Assembly (NCBI RefSeq): GCF_036321535.1
Contig: NC_087436.1
Span: 63,180,001-63,244,000 of the forward strand
Direction of reading: 5' to 3'
Length of the DNA stretch: 64,000 bases
Origin: Camelus dromedarius
Taxonomy: Eukaryota
Shown piece after piece: positions 1-12,839 of the stretch (its first letter is position 1; every line of letters begins with the position of its first letter). The notes beneath the pieces were generated by a model. It made no database searches and had not been told where the DNA came from. It worked only from the letters and a program-made list of their open reading frames with translations. The position numbers were made by a program, and so were the translations under genes.

Positions 1-59
1 TTACAGAATTTTTTAAAATATTGATTCTGTCTTTCATTGTATTTTCTCTATCCAGCCTC

Positions 60-515
60 TGACTAAATTTCTATATGGACTTCTGCTGCTGGTCCTCTCA
101 CATATATTTAATAACTCATCCCATCAAATCACTTGTACTTACTTGAATATGCTTTTTCACATCTCTACAGTTTGCACATAATATTCCCTTTTTATGGTAT
201 TCTCTTTGCCTTATTTCATCTAAACAAACAAACAGAAAAACCCTGTAACCTTCCAAACACTGTTCTCTTGTCTCTACGCTGGATGAGGTCCCTTTTCTCT
301 ATGCTCTCATAACTTTGTGGAAAATATCTTATCTTGTATTTATCATGTCCTGGTGTTATTATTATTTATAATGTGCTATTATAGTTTGTTATGACATGTT
401 GGCATTTGGTAGTTCCTCCATCAGACTGGGAAGACCATAGCGGCAAAAATGGGATGTTCCAAGTGTCCATCACAGTGCCTGGCACTTCATAAGGGTGCAA
501 TAAATGTCAAAGGAA
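60..515 (+). mobile_element. LINE-2 3' fragment (ancient)
   Basis: Ends in cacagtgcctggcacttcataagggtgcaataaatgtc, matching the recalled L2 3' terminus (cagtgcctggcacatagtaggtgctcaataaat); 5' boundary approximate. Confidence 0.65.
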
Positions 516-1639
516 TTTTGTATTTATTCTACTTATTCAGCTCAGCATTACTGAGTTATAAAGGAAAATACTTCACTGTTGGACTGTTATCTGAGATCCA
601 CAAAACTGTTACTTTTCACTCCATTGCACCCTTTGATGTTTAGTTCACTGGTGATACTGTGATAAAACTGTTTTAAAAACCAAACTGAATACAATACAGG
701 AGGCCAATGTTTTTCTCACCTCATGTGGACATCACAGGCTCTCTGCTGACCCCCCAGAAGATGTGCCAGACAGACTGACCCTGTTATCAACATCTCTGTC
801 ACAGCATCTTAACAGTACACTTCAGAAGCTGCAGATATCTTCATAGTTTACACCTCTTTTTAGATTTTTCACAGTTGAGACTGCTATGTGTCAGTAATAT
901 TCTTCAGCTCTCTTTATACATTTTTTTGTCCAAAGCGTGACAAAATGCCTAGTGGCCCATAATTTGTTGACTTGTTCTGTGAGTAAATATGGAAAATCAT
1001 AAGCAGAAAAGTATACATTTATTCTCTCATTTCCAAAACAAGAACTTTTAAACATTGCTTTGTAAATCTGCTCTAGTGCTATATCCAATTGAAAAATTTA
1101 GACTGTATATCTGATCAAAATCTGAAGAAGACAAATTTTAAACTCAAAAACATATTTATTGTCAGAATTTTCCTGAAAAAAATTAGGACTGTAATCTTAT
1201 CCATTACAAATAATAATTAATGTACAATCTACATTTATTCAAAGGGAGACAGAATTAGTTGTGATTCATCTAATTAAAATTTTTAAGACTCATTAAAAAT
1301 TTTATTTTTAAATTTATAATATTTCTTTATATATTTGGAATCAGCATGGTAAGGGCTTTGGTCATTTTCAAAATTATTATTTATAATTCCAGATTTTATT
1401 TTTACTATCAGGAAGAAAATGATTATTTCTGCTTTTTCTTTTTTCTAATAATCTCAACATTTTAGATTAGCAAAACTAACAGCTGAGAGACAGGCTACTT
1501 AGTTCTCAACAAATTTTTTTGACCTCCTTCAATTCTAAGGAGATACTGGAACAGTCTGAACATCTTTTTAACACTGAAAATACTTTCAATTCAAATACAA
1601 TAATAAAAGGATAGGAAGGCTCTATAACAATGAATAGAA

Positions 1640-2300
1640 TTTTTTTAATAACTTCCCTTCTGCTGGTACTGATTTATCCTACTATCAGCCATGGCACATT
1701 AATATATTATTCACTAATGTGCTACTAGATTTGAATTGTTCATATTATATTTAGGATATTTGCACTGATCTTTGAATATAAAACTGTTCTTGTTTTTACT
1801 TGTATTTGTGAATCATAGTTATTCTTGTACCATAAACATCCTCTTTTATATTCTCTGGAATATTGTTAGTGGAATTGGAATTATTTTTTTCCTCTGGAAT
1901 ATTGTTAATAAAATTCAAATGATCTTTTTTCCCCTAATATTTGTTTGAACTGAACTGACACATTTTTGATGGGTAGTTCTTGGATAATTTTCATGCTATA
2001 GCTTATCATAATTACATAAGTATTCCAACTATTTTGAAATCAGCAAATTTCATTTTCTTACAAAATAATCCATTTGTTCCATATTTCTAAATTTGTTTTT
2101 GTGGAGGAACTTACGATTCCCTTAATTTCCTCTTTATCTGTGTTTATTTTCAATTTGGTGTTTATCTGATGTGTTGTTTCTGTCTTTATCAAATACACTA
2201 ATCATTTAACCTTTTTTAAAAGCATGTATATGTGTGTGTATATATATTCTATTTTTTAAATTTAGTCAAAAGAAGTAATGTTTGTTTTTATCTTTAGTTA
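1640..2300 (-). mobile_element. Highly decayed old L1 (ORF2 region) fragment
   Basis: T-rich antisense L1-like phrases (atatttaggatatttgcactg, ttctctggaatattgtt, tccatatttctaaatttg); includes a ~40 bp local tandem duplication at ~1852-1932. Confidence 0.5.
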
Positions 2301-2469
2301 ATCATTCTTCATTTTATTGTTGTTTAGATATTACCTCTTCATAGAGGTAAACTCTACTTTGTAAGTCCATCTTTGGCAAATAAAATTCATGATAAAAGAA
2401 ACTATAGAACATGTACAGCATATTTATGGACATTTTGTACTCAAAGAATATTTTTTTAAAAATTTAGGT

Positions 2470-2828
2470 ATAAGTTGTTTTCATATCTTTACTCTTGTGA
2501 ATGCTGCAAGAAACAGGGTGCAGTATCTCTTTGAAATAGTGATTTCATTTCCTTTGGATATGTATCAAGAAGTGGGATAGCTAGATTATACAGTAGTTGA
2601 TTTTTAATTTTGAAACTCTATACTGTTTTCAATAATGCCTGTTCTAGTTTCCATTCTCATCAACAGAGCACAAAGGTTCCCTTTTCTCCACATCCTTGCT
2701 AACATTTGTTATCTATTGCCATCTTGATGATAACCATTTTAAGAGGTGTCACTTAATATTTCAATTGTGGTTTTGATTTGCATTTCCCTGATTAGAGATG
2801 TTAAGCGTCTTTTCATGTACCTGTTGGT

Positions 2829-2830
<2 letters not shown>
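2470..2830 (-). mobile_element. L1 ORF2 3' segment, inverted relative to the adjacent L1 tail
   Basis: ggttcccttttctccacatccttgctaacatttgttat and gtggttttgatttgcatttccctgatt are canonical antisense L1 ORF2 3' motifs; the ORF track shows NRYMKRRLTSLIREMQIKTT. Confidence 0.9.

Positions 2831-2906
<76 letters not shown>
2831..2906. repeat. (TG)n microsatellite followed by (TA)n
   Basis: About 32 TG units with one interruption, seen directly. Confidence 0.98.
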
Positions 2907-2908
<2 letters not shown>

Positions 2909-3450
2909 GGAAAAGAATCTGAAAAATAACACACACACAAATATATATGTGTGTGTGTGTATATTTATATTTATATATATATTTATATTTATAAAATGGA
3001 ATCATTTTGTTGTACACCTGAAACTAACACATTATAAATTAACTGTACTTAAATAAAAATGGTTTTAAAAAAAGAATGAACTATTTCCATTTGCAGCAAC
3101 ATGGATGAACCCAGATGAAATACTAAATGAAGTAAGTCAGATAAAAGCAAATATTGTATGATAACACTTACATGTGTAATCTAAATAATAATACAATCTA
3201 TATACAAAAACAGAAACAGACTCACAGACATAGAAAACAAACTTACGGTTACCAAAAGGGAAAGGGAGAAAGGAGTGGGATAAACTGGGAGTATGCAATT
3301 AATAGATACAAACTATCATACATAAAATAGATAAGCAACAAGAATTTACTGTATAGCACAGGGAACTATATCCAGTATCTTGCGATAACCTATAATGGAA
3401 AGTAATCTGAAAAAAATATATGAAAAGAATTACATTGTTGTTTGACATGC
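2900..3450 (+). mobile_element. Cetartiodactyl-type L1 3' ends: short tail ~2900-3070 followed by a longer ORF2-end/3'UTR piece ~3070-3450
   Basis: ccatttgcagcaacatggatg, acagaaacagactcacagacatagaaaacaaactta, tactgtatagcacagggaactata and tgtacacctgaaactaacaca are L1 3'UTR motifs. Confidence 0.88.
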
Positions 3451-3479
3451 TAATAACAAAATGTGCTCCATTTATCTAT

Positions 3480-3830
3480 TTAATAATTTTTAAAGAAGTT
3501 ATTAGATAACTGTCGAGTCACATGTACTTATAAGAAATAATACAAAGAGATTTCATGTACATCCCATTAAGTTTCCCACAATAGTATTTTTGCAGAATTA
3601 CAGAATATTATCAGAAGTGGGAAACTGACTTTGACACAATATATTGATCTTATTCATATTTCTAAACTTTATAGGTACTCATCTGCATGTGTATGCTTAC
3701 ATGTTTTTAGCTGTATATTATTTTACCTTGTGTGTTAATGTATTATCACCACAGTCAGAGAACTGAACAGTTTCATCACCACAAGGATTCCTACTGTGCT
3801 GACATATTATAACATCCACCTCCCTCCCTG
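3480..3830 (-). mobile_element. Old L1 (L1MB/L1MC-like) 3'UTR
   Basis: Antisense resemblance to the 3'UTR seen in sense at ~40900-41270 (agaactgaacagtttcatcaccacaaggattcc vs gatctttgtggtgaaatagttctg). Confidence 0.7.
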
Positions 3831-4029
3831 TATTTCAGCTATACATATTTTATGAAAATTTCAGTGTTTAGCATGTGGAGATACAGTTGCAGTTTAAGGG
3901 AGCAAATAAAATATTTCACAGAAATTTGCACATTTTACCAAATAACCAATACTAAGTTTCTCCTGGAAAAAAACAAAGAAACAAAAAACACAAGCATAAG
4001 GAATGACTATTGATATGAGGCAAAAAGGG

Positions 4030-4220
4030 ATTCTCTAAACAATTGTGAACTGTGTGGGTCCACTTATGCATGGATTTTTTTCATACACATACTAAAGTAC
4101 TTCTGCTTGAATTCTGGGTTGCAGAACCACAAATATGAAAGACCAAATATAAAATTAAAGGTATATTTTGGAATGTGAGGGTCAGCCCCCTAAACTCCCA
4201 GTTGTTTAAGGTCCACTGTA
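4030..4220. mobile_element. Tigger2/MER8-like TcMar MITE remnant
   Basis: gaactgtgtgggtccacttatgcatggattttt at the start and gttgtttaaggtccactg-TA at the end resemble recalled Tigger2-family termini. Confidence 0.65.
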
Positions 4221-7200
4221 GTTCCTTCTGCTATTTTTCTATAGACCCCTACATTTATGTCTGCATGCTATAAATAGCAGTGTCACTTTTTCTTGAAAAT
4301 TAATTTCTCTGTAGAGTATACTGTCTTAGGTTTAAGAAGTAATATTCGTTAGTCTCAATACGAACTTTGCAAAATGACTTTTCATTACATCAGCTTAGTT
4401 TGGTGATCTTGCCCTGATTTCTGGAATTTAAATTAAGACCAGAAAATCGAAAGACCAGGCTTTATTTTCTGTAGAATGTTTTATTAATTGTTTATTAATA
4501 CTTTTGCGACCTGTTGTCTTGCTTAGTAAGGATTCTTATTTTGCAAATTTTAATTGTGTTTGCAGTGTGTGTTACCCTTCTGCAGAGTATTTAATAGATT
4601 ATCACATGAGAACAACTTTTGTGTCACTGTAGTGGTTCATTGCTGTTCCCTTCCATAAGCTATTTAACACTGAGTCATATATTCTTATGCTGAGAAAGCT
4701 AAAATTAGCACAGGTTTTTAATTTCCATGACATTACCAAATAAAGGAAAATATGGAGTCAATAGAAAAAAATTGCCCTCTATTAAAAAAAAAGGAGCCAC
4801 AAGTAAGTGGTAATATCTGCATGAAAAAAGTTAACTTCCTATTAGTTAACTATACATTAGAAATCATTGTCACTGACATTTACTGAACATTGTATGCTTA
4901 GAACTACAAAAAAAAACCAAAGAAAATCATTTGTGTATTTTCTTGTTTGGTTTTTAGAAGTTTCCTCCCCCTTGGATTTTCTGTCTGAAAATTTAATGTT
5001 TTTGAAATGTGGTATAAGACAAAAAGCCCTGAAATGCCTAACCGTATTGAATCATCTCTCAGAGTACACTTTCTTCATTTGATCTATCAAAAGAAGTATT
5101 TTTAAGGATCAAACTGCACAATGTCTATAAAAGCGCTGTCTCAATTGTACCATTTGATGTTTATGTGCTGTTAATCTGAGCTTAGTTGCTAAATAAGAGA
5201 GTTTAAAGTTTTCAAATACAAACCCACTAAACAGAAGTAAAACTTTATTTCCCTAAATATATTAAAGTCTTTATTGTTGTCACTTACAGAGGACGTTCTC
5301 TGGGCCGAGGCTCTGTTAGCTTTCTTGGTTCTAATTTCTTTGATAAAGTTCATTTTGTTTAGTTTTCTTTTCCTTCAGTAGTTCTCACTGAATACTACCC
5401 CTACCATGCTGGACAAAAGAGACAAGCTTCCTGTTCATTCTTTTCTGAGCATGAAGGGAAACTATCAAGGAATGAATAAATGAAAGCTATTCGACTTTTT
5501 GGATGAGAATTTTTTTTAAAGGAAAAGATCTCAAATAATTGGGTATTAAAAATGAAAAACTTGAAGTGGTAACCCTTGCCTGGCCCACTTTCCACTAACA
5601 ACAACCTAAAATGAAAACAAAATATCCATACTGTTCTAGCTCAAAATCTTTACGTCTGCCACTCAAGTCACTCTATAAAATTAATATGAAGATTTGAGTC
5701 ACAGAAATTTATGCTTCGTGCCTAAATGATGTAATAAAAACAGTAATAGACTATGAGACTGAAGTTAGATTCTTTATCATAATGTGATCCAGTTCTACCA
5801 CATAAAAGCAACTTCTGTAGTGCTAAGCAGAAACTAAGGTCAGTCTTCATAATTTATCAGAATTGTTGGCTTCCACTATGCTTAAACTGTTCAACTCTTT
5901 TTAAACACCAGAACTAGTTAACTAGAGCTTCCAAATATCATTTAATTGTTGACAGTATTTGGATTTATATCCCTAACATTTTTCTCTTTGGTCTGCTTTA
6001 TGAGACAACCTTCCCTCAATAACAAATTTTGTGATCACTCTACTTTGCAGGTATCATGCACTCTGGATCTTTTTGGCCGATCCTTTTCCAGTGTGACTAG
6101 AATTTACCATATTGGTCACAGACGAACCTTTTCTAAATTGCACCAAGTATAACCTCACATAAATTCCTACTCAGAGACTCACAAGTCAAAAGTTTTTCTT
6201 AACTTCACCTTGATCTAAGTATTTTTTTCCAAGATTAAACATCTGTATCTGTATCCATACTAAATACAGAACACTTGCAATTGTATTCAGTTTTCTCCTG
6301 TCCATCTTAACTGTCTTATTAGATTTCATATTCAGAAAGATGGTGGTACAAGTTAATCTTTCCTAATTGATAAGGGCTTGTTTTGGATTATAAATATTTC
6401 AAAGCTATTAATGACCTTGTTTGATGGCATGAAACTAACACAATCACTTATATTCTTTCTTAAACAATTCATTTATTTGTAAAGCTTTTCTATAAACATC
6501 AAAATTATTCTTTAGTGTTTATGTATTTGTGAACTTTCCTAATTGAGAAGATGTTCCTTCTTTCTGGGGATTGATTGCTCAATTCAAGAAAGATAAATAT
6601 ATAAACAGAGGAAGAACGGAGGGAGATATGCTCACCTCACTGAATTTCTGTAAAGTATTAGTGAAAACAAATGATGCTTCTAAAGATTTTTATTTATGTG
6701 AAAATAGAGAGTAAGTACCGAGGTATACATTTCTGTAAACATGTAGAAAGATAATTGGAAGGTGATGGTATTTACAATTTGCCCCATTTCATTGTTTTTC
6801 TATGAAAAGAAATATATCTTTCACTTATTCTATTTACTGACATTTATGTTTGGCTGCAAACACTGCCTTATGGCCATAGGGACACCAGTCACCACTAGAG
6901 ACTATCTCAGAACTTTGACTTTTCCCCCCGCTATTTTGAAAATTCTCATGGCAGGTAAAAAATGATGATCTCTTTTCAGCTCTAATGGACTTATTTTTTC
7001 CCTGTTGGATTTCTATATCCCTTTGTTTGCTTGGTTGTGCTTTTGTTAAATAGGAGATCGGATGGCTTGGACAATGTGTGAGTGATTGTTAGAAAAAGAA
7101 ATCTAAGGCAAGTCATGAATTCAATTTCAGGCTATGGATTTACTTGCTGATTTATTGAGAAACTGTAGGCCTCTTTACAGAGGGAAAAGAAAAAAATATA

Positions 7201-8839
7201 TATTGACCACATAGTGACATGGGTGTAGGTTGATTTACTTTGGCTTTTAAAAACAAGAATATACTTTAAAAGGTGTGTTTATATATTTTCTGGTCAAAGG
7301 AAGAATGGGTTTGTGTCCTTACTCAGAGATCAGTAATAGTGCTGTAGAGGTGTCATTATATAATGTCACCTGAGGAATGTGGTGTTTTCTGAATAGTAAC
7401 AGATTTTGCTTGTCAAGAAGAAACAGTAGATTTTTCAAAAATGAAAGACATGTCAGTTCAACTTACAATATTTTTATGGTAGGTCAATGTATTAAAGCAA
7501 ACCAATAAAAGGAATCACTTGAGATTAACTCAACTTGGAAGAATGAATGTTACCTCAGAGATGGCTGTGGAGAAAGAAGCCTATCAATGCAAAGGAATCT
7601 CAGCTGGGAGTGTTAAGTGGCCTACAATGACTGAGCTGTCCTGGGCTTATCAAAATGGAGTCTTAACCAGATCTCAATCCTAAAGGAACTCAGTCCCAAT
7701 CATAGTACTGGGATGATACCACCAGGCACTCTTCATACTCCTAGTTTCATTTACTCAGACACAACTTTCTAGTAATATAAAATACCATCCATAGATTTAA
7801 AATTATTTATTAGACCAAATGAGTGATTTTTATTTATTGGTAGAGTAATTACCCAAAACAATGCATCATAAGGAAAATAAAACGTTTTGAGGATTGTGGA
7901 CAAACTACTACTAGGCTTTCATTTCTTAAAAGAATCTAGGAGGAAAACAGATTTGTACTTTCCCTCCAGATGTGAGGTCAAGAGAAGGTTGTTACTGTTT
8001 GCCTGCACTGTGTTGGTAGGTCAGGGAAGTTACATTGTACAGGAGGAGAAAGCATACTTTTTAATGATTTATATAAATAAAATTCACTGATAATGATTTT
8101 AATGAAACTCATATCCAGATGAATAACCGTAGCAATGAAGTGAACTTGGCCTTTCCTAAACGTTGTCAGCTCAATGAGGTGTTAATATTATGGTCAATGG
8201 GAGCATAGCCATATTAGATACAGGCAATTTTTTTCTTTAGTTTTTCTTTTTAAAATAGTAACTTCAGCGATAAGTGTACAGGTAAAGCCTTTCAATGTCA
8301 AATTTTAATCTAATGCAAGCAGCACTTTTCTGCATTCACAGGATGCAATGTATTGCCTGTTGAGAACAAGGTGAGATAGTTCCAATATCAAACTTCAGTA
8401 ACTAGTATTTATGACTTTAGTGGAAACAAACTGTTTCTTTTTCTCCCTTGCATCAATCTTTTTAAATTTTACTTTCCATTTCAAATTCAACCTGAGAAAA
8501 TGTAACTCCAAATGATTTCAAAATTGTTGAAAACAAACACGATTTTCTTCCACTAAGCTTTTGTTTTCTTTAAATATATCAAAAAGAAACATTAAATAAC
8601 AAAAACAATAGACAAAAGTCTTGCTCGGTAGGGTCAGTATAATCTAAATACCTACATTTAGCAGCACTAATAAGGTAAACTAAAAATAATTTACTTAGTT
8701 TAAATGTAACATTTTCATACAAACGAAACATGAGGCTAGTATTCTAGAACATCCAGATTCAGTAAACTCTTCAAGCATTTCATCTACAAATGCACAGCAA
8801 ACACTAATTGCTCATTATCAAAATGCTTGTTAATGTATA

Positions 8840-9722
8840 GATTCCAAATCAACACATTCCAAAATGAAACTCATCTTTCTCCTCAACTCACTCATCTTCT
8901 TATAGTTCCATTTTGAATAAACCATTTATTTTACTTAACCCGTAATTACAAGAGACCCTAAACCTCCATCCCTTCTCCTGCCACATCTCATGGGTCACTA
9001 AATGCTATGATTTTACTATGTTAGTATCTCTAAATGTCAGCCCCTTTAAACTACTGATGACTTAAGTCAGAATTTCACCATTTCCCACCTGAACCATTAA
9101 GCTCCACTCATGTCTTTATCCATAGTCTTATAATCTATTATCCCATCTTCAACAAGATTGAGCCGAAACAGAAATACAGGAATGTTACTCCTGTTTGTTC
9201 TTTTAGTAAAAGACCACTGCTTGAGGGCTTATTAGAATATCATAAGATATACTCCAAAATTTCTCCTTCGCCTAATTTGCTACTGCTACACAAATTAAGT
9301 CTGTGTTTCAATCAAGACCAAAACTCTGCAGTTTCTTTAGCTGTCTAATATATTTCTAGTTTGGCACACGCTGTTCTGCCTCCTGAAATACTGTTCTTTC
9401 CTCACCAATCTCCCAGTCTTGCTCGGCCCCCATCTGGGGGAAAAAAAATTAAAACTCCTCCTATTTTATGTTTCATATAAAACATCTCTTCTTGAAAATA
9501 TACCTTCTGTATTCAAGTTGATGACTTGTAATTTGTGTCAATGTTCTATTTTGAAAATACTCCCATCACATTTTATTTCAATGATTTACTTACATCACTA
9601 TCTTCATCCCTTGACTGTGTGCCCTTGAGAACAAATCATATTCCATATTTATCTTTTCATTTCTAGCACTTCCCATGGTATCTGACACATATTATGATTC
9701 GATAAATGTTTGTTGAATTTAA
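8840..9722 (+). mobile_element. LINE-2 3' region
   Basis: tcaacacattccaaaatgaaactcatctt at the start; ends in tctgacacatattatgattcgataaatgtttgttgaat (L2 terminus). Confidence 0.75.
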
Positions 9723-11299
9723 CTGGCATAACGTGAATCAAAGACAATGTATTTATCTGCAGGTCTACCACTTGTACAAAATTCTGTGGATCGTATCAGA
9801 AAAAATACAAGCTTTGAGATGTCTGTTAATACAACCAGTACCACTGACTATAAAGAGGTTATACAGATTGTGAATAGAGTATTAAGAAAGGGATTGAATT
9901 CTTATGCCATATAATGAACCAAAACTGATAGTAAGAATCAGGTGTTATTTTTCTTTTTTTGAAGATTCAAACTCTCAGCCTTAGTTTCCATTTCTGTTAA
10001 AAGTAGAGCAATGTTTACCTTCTTTATAAAAATTACGGCTTGTTCACCAAGTCAGTTTTTAAAAGTACTTTGAAATAAAGAGTGGTAATAAATTATTACT
10101 TAAACAAAAGTGATATTGCCTTTATGTTGGGTTTAGCCTGCTTCTGATGTTTAATTTCTTTTTATGTTCACTCCATGGATTAGAGGGAACTTATGAATCA
10201 TCAGAATTCACAAGAGCTGATGGAAACTGGCCAGAAAGATGAGACATTCTAATGAAAAATAATTTATATTGAAATAAAATTGCAAAGATGGGAGGAACAG
10301 CACAATTTGCTTCTGCAATATTGTATATCTAATATAAATAGAAATCCCTTTAAAAGATATTTTGGAAAAGATTTTCTTTCCTTCCAAGCTGGACATTCTA
10401 TTCTAGTTGAAAATATAAGACATTGTAATTGAAAGTCTTCCACAAAACATTCAGTATTACTTTATTCTTTCTACTCTTTTGTATATCTATCAAACATGTT
10501 TATTACATAAAAATAGAGAGTTTACACCAACAGGATATACTGTCTTATCAACTTACTCATTGCAGAGATAGACATTTTTATACCTATTATATTTCATATA
10601 CATAAAATCATGAATATATTGTCATACACATAAATCATAAAGACAGTTTTTAACACTAAGACATAATCTATGGAATTAAATATAAATATATAATGAATTA
10701 ACAATAATAAGCAGATTAAATAATAATTTTAAAAAATCATATCATGTATTGGGAATATTTTACAAGTGAGACATAGACAACAAAAGGTATAAGCAAATGT
10801 AGAAGATGCCCTTAGTACAACAAGAAAAGAGTAGTGGAGAATCATAGGTAAAGAAGCAGATTCAGAAAGAACTTGATTAATAAATGAGAGCAAGTCACTG
10901 GAGTATGAAGCAATGGACAGCAACTTCAGAAGGGATAGCGACTTGACTGGATTGGAGGAACTGCTATTGTGATGCTGTAACTGTACTTCTACCTAGAACA
11001 GCAATAAGCACTGTTTTACTGTAGGATGCTTTCCTGAGAAGCTACTGAAATAGTCTCCTGAGGGTCCTATATTTCCAGTGGAAACTAAAAATACCTATTA
11101 GTGGGCAAGAAAGAACACATCTACACTACATCCTCTAGAATTATAAAAATTCAATTTACACTGACACTAACATGCGCAATAAATATACAATTTTTCTTAA
11201 GAGATTTTTGCAATTGATCATAGCCCTTGAAAGTGACATTACACCTTTATAAATAGTACCAAATTTCTTAAAGATATGGGACAATTGCTAAATGATATC

Positions 11300-11605
11300 A
11301 ATTTTATTTGGGTACAACTGACAGTAAAATGAAAACATTTTAAGTTTATAATCTGATATGTTTTGTCAAATGTACATACTCATGTTACACTGTTATAATT
11401 AAGATACAGAATATATTCATCACCCAACAAAAATTCCCTTATGCTCCCTTAGAGATACTTTTACCTGACTTATCCTAGGCATCTATTTGTCTTTTTGTCA
11501 CATTAATATTTTTCTGTTCTAGAATTGCATATAAATAGAATTATACAATAATAGTAAATCTCTTTGTGCTTGTTTTTTTTCACTCAAAAATGATTTCTGT
11601 ATAGC
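11300..11605 (-). mobile_element. Old L1 (L1ME/MC-like) 3'UTR
   Basis: aagatacagaatatattcatcacccaacaaaaattccctt and tctagaattgcatataaatagaattatacaat are typical antisense L1M 3'UTR motifs. Confidence 0.75.
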
Positions 11606-12308
11606 ACATGTATATGTATGTATAAGTGTGTGTATATATATGATATGTACTGTAACATATAACTGTCCTATTTCTATTTGAGTCAGTTTTTCTACAATAT
11701 GATTTTTTAGAAATTTGGTCACTTTTTATTGTTTCAGTGTATATTAAAATGTACTTTAAAACTGCAGCAACTGTACAGCATGGTACTGGCTCAAGAACCA
11801 GGCAGCATCAATGGCCCTTAATTAATAACTCTAAACCAACCTTACTATGGGTATAAAACAGAATGAAACAAAAAGAAGCATTACAAATCAATGACAGGAT
11901 TTAGAACAAATGGTGTTGAAAACAATCAACAACTTGGGGAAAAAAATAACCTTTTTCTGAGGTATATTTCAAATAAATTATAGCATTAAATCTAAGAAAC
12001 CCCATAGAAAAACATATTTTTTTTTTTTAGTTTTTGAGTAGACTTCCTTAATTTTACCTTAAAAAATACATACAAAAATAACACAGGCACATGGTTTATA
12101 AAAATGAAACAATACAGAGAGGAATGAAGAGCAAAAACATTCCTTCTTACTCTCTGATTCCAAAATCTCTAAGCTGTCTCTCCAAAGGTGCCAACTGTTA
12201 AGTTTCTTACATCTGGGTCCAATGGAAAAAATATTTTAGAAACACGAATCCTTTCAAAAATTTTACACAAATGTCTATGTCTCTTTTCAGTTCTTTCAGT
12301 TATTGATC

Positions 12309-12803
12309 TCAAAGGAGAGCAGAATATGCAACCCCCAAATACGCCACTTTGGCATATTGATTATTTTGAATTAAAGTTACTAAGAAGCAGCCATGCAAAA
12401 AAGACTCTCTGATCCTCTTTTATTCCCCTAAAAATAAGAAATAAATCTCCAATATGAAACAACCCTCCCTAAAGCAGGAGGGTAGAAGGCATCCTTACAG
12501 CAAAAGATAGGGAATTTAAGGCTGAGAAGGCTGCAAAAACAAACCTGTTACTTTCTCACTAATTTACTACTCCAAGCCCAAACCCCTCTGTTTTTTTAAG
12601 TTCCTCACAAATGTATCGTGTCCTTAGCTAAAAGGTATGAAAGCTGCTTGCTTTGGTTAGTTAACGGAGTCTCACATTTTTATCTGCTCCCACTTACATA
12701 AAATTAAATTTGTCTTTCACCTGTTAATCTGTCTATATCAATTTAATTATTAGAAAAGCCAAAGAATCTAAAAAGGAAGAGGGAAAACTTTTTCCACCCC
12801 TAT
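12309..12803 (+). mobile_element. ERV1 solo LTR, MER34A-like
   Basis: Begins aaggagagcagaatatgcaacccccaaatacgccactttggcatattgattattttga (MER34-type start); 3' part has cctgttaatctgtct...gagggaaaactttttccaccccta. Confidence 0.8.
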
Positions 12804-12839
12804 AGTTTACACATACTAAAACTCTTAAGAAGTATACAT

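Noticed and set aside
2739..3056. HTHT/CVCV-rich ORFs
   Set aside because: They are translations of the (TG)n and (TA)n microsatellites.
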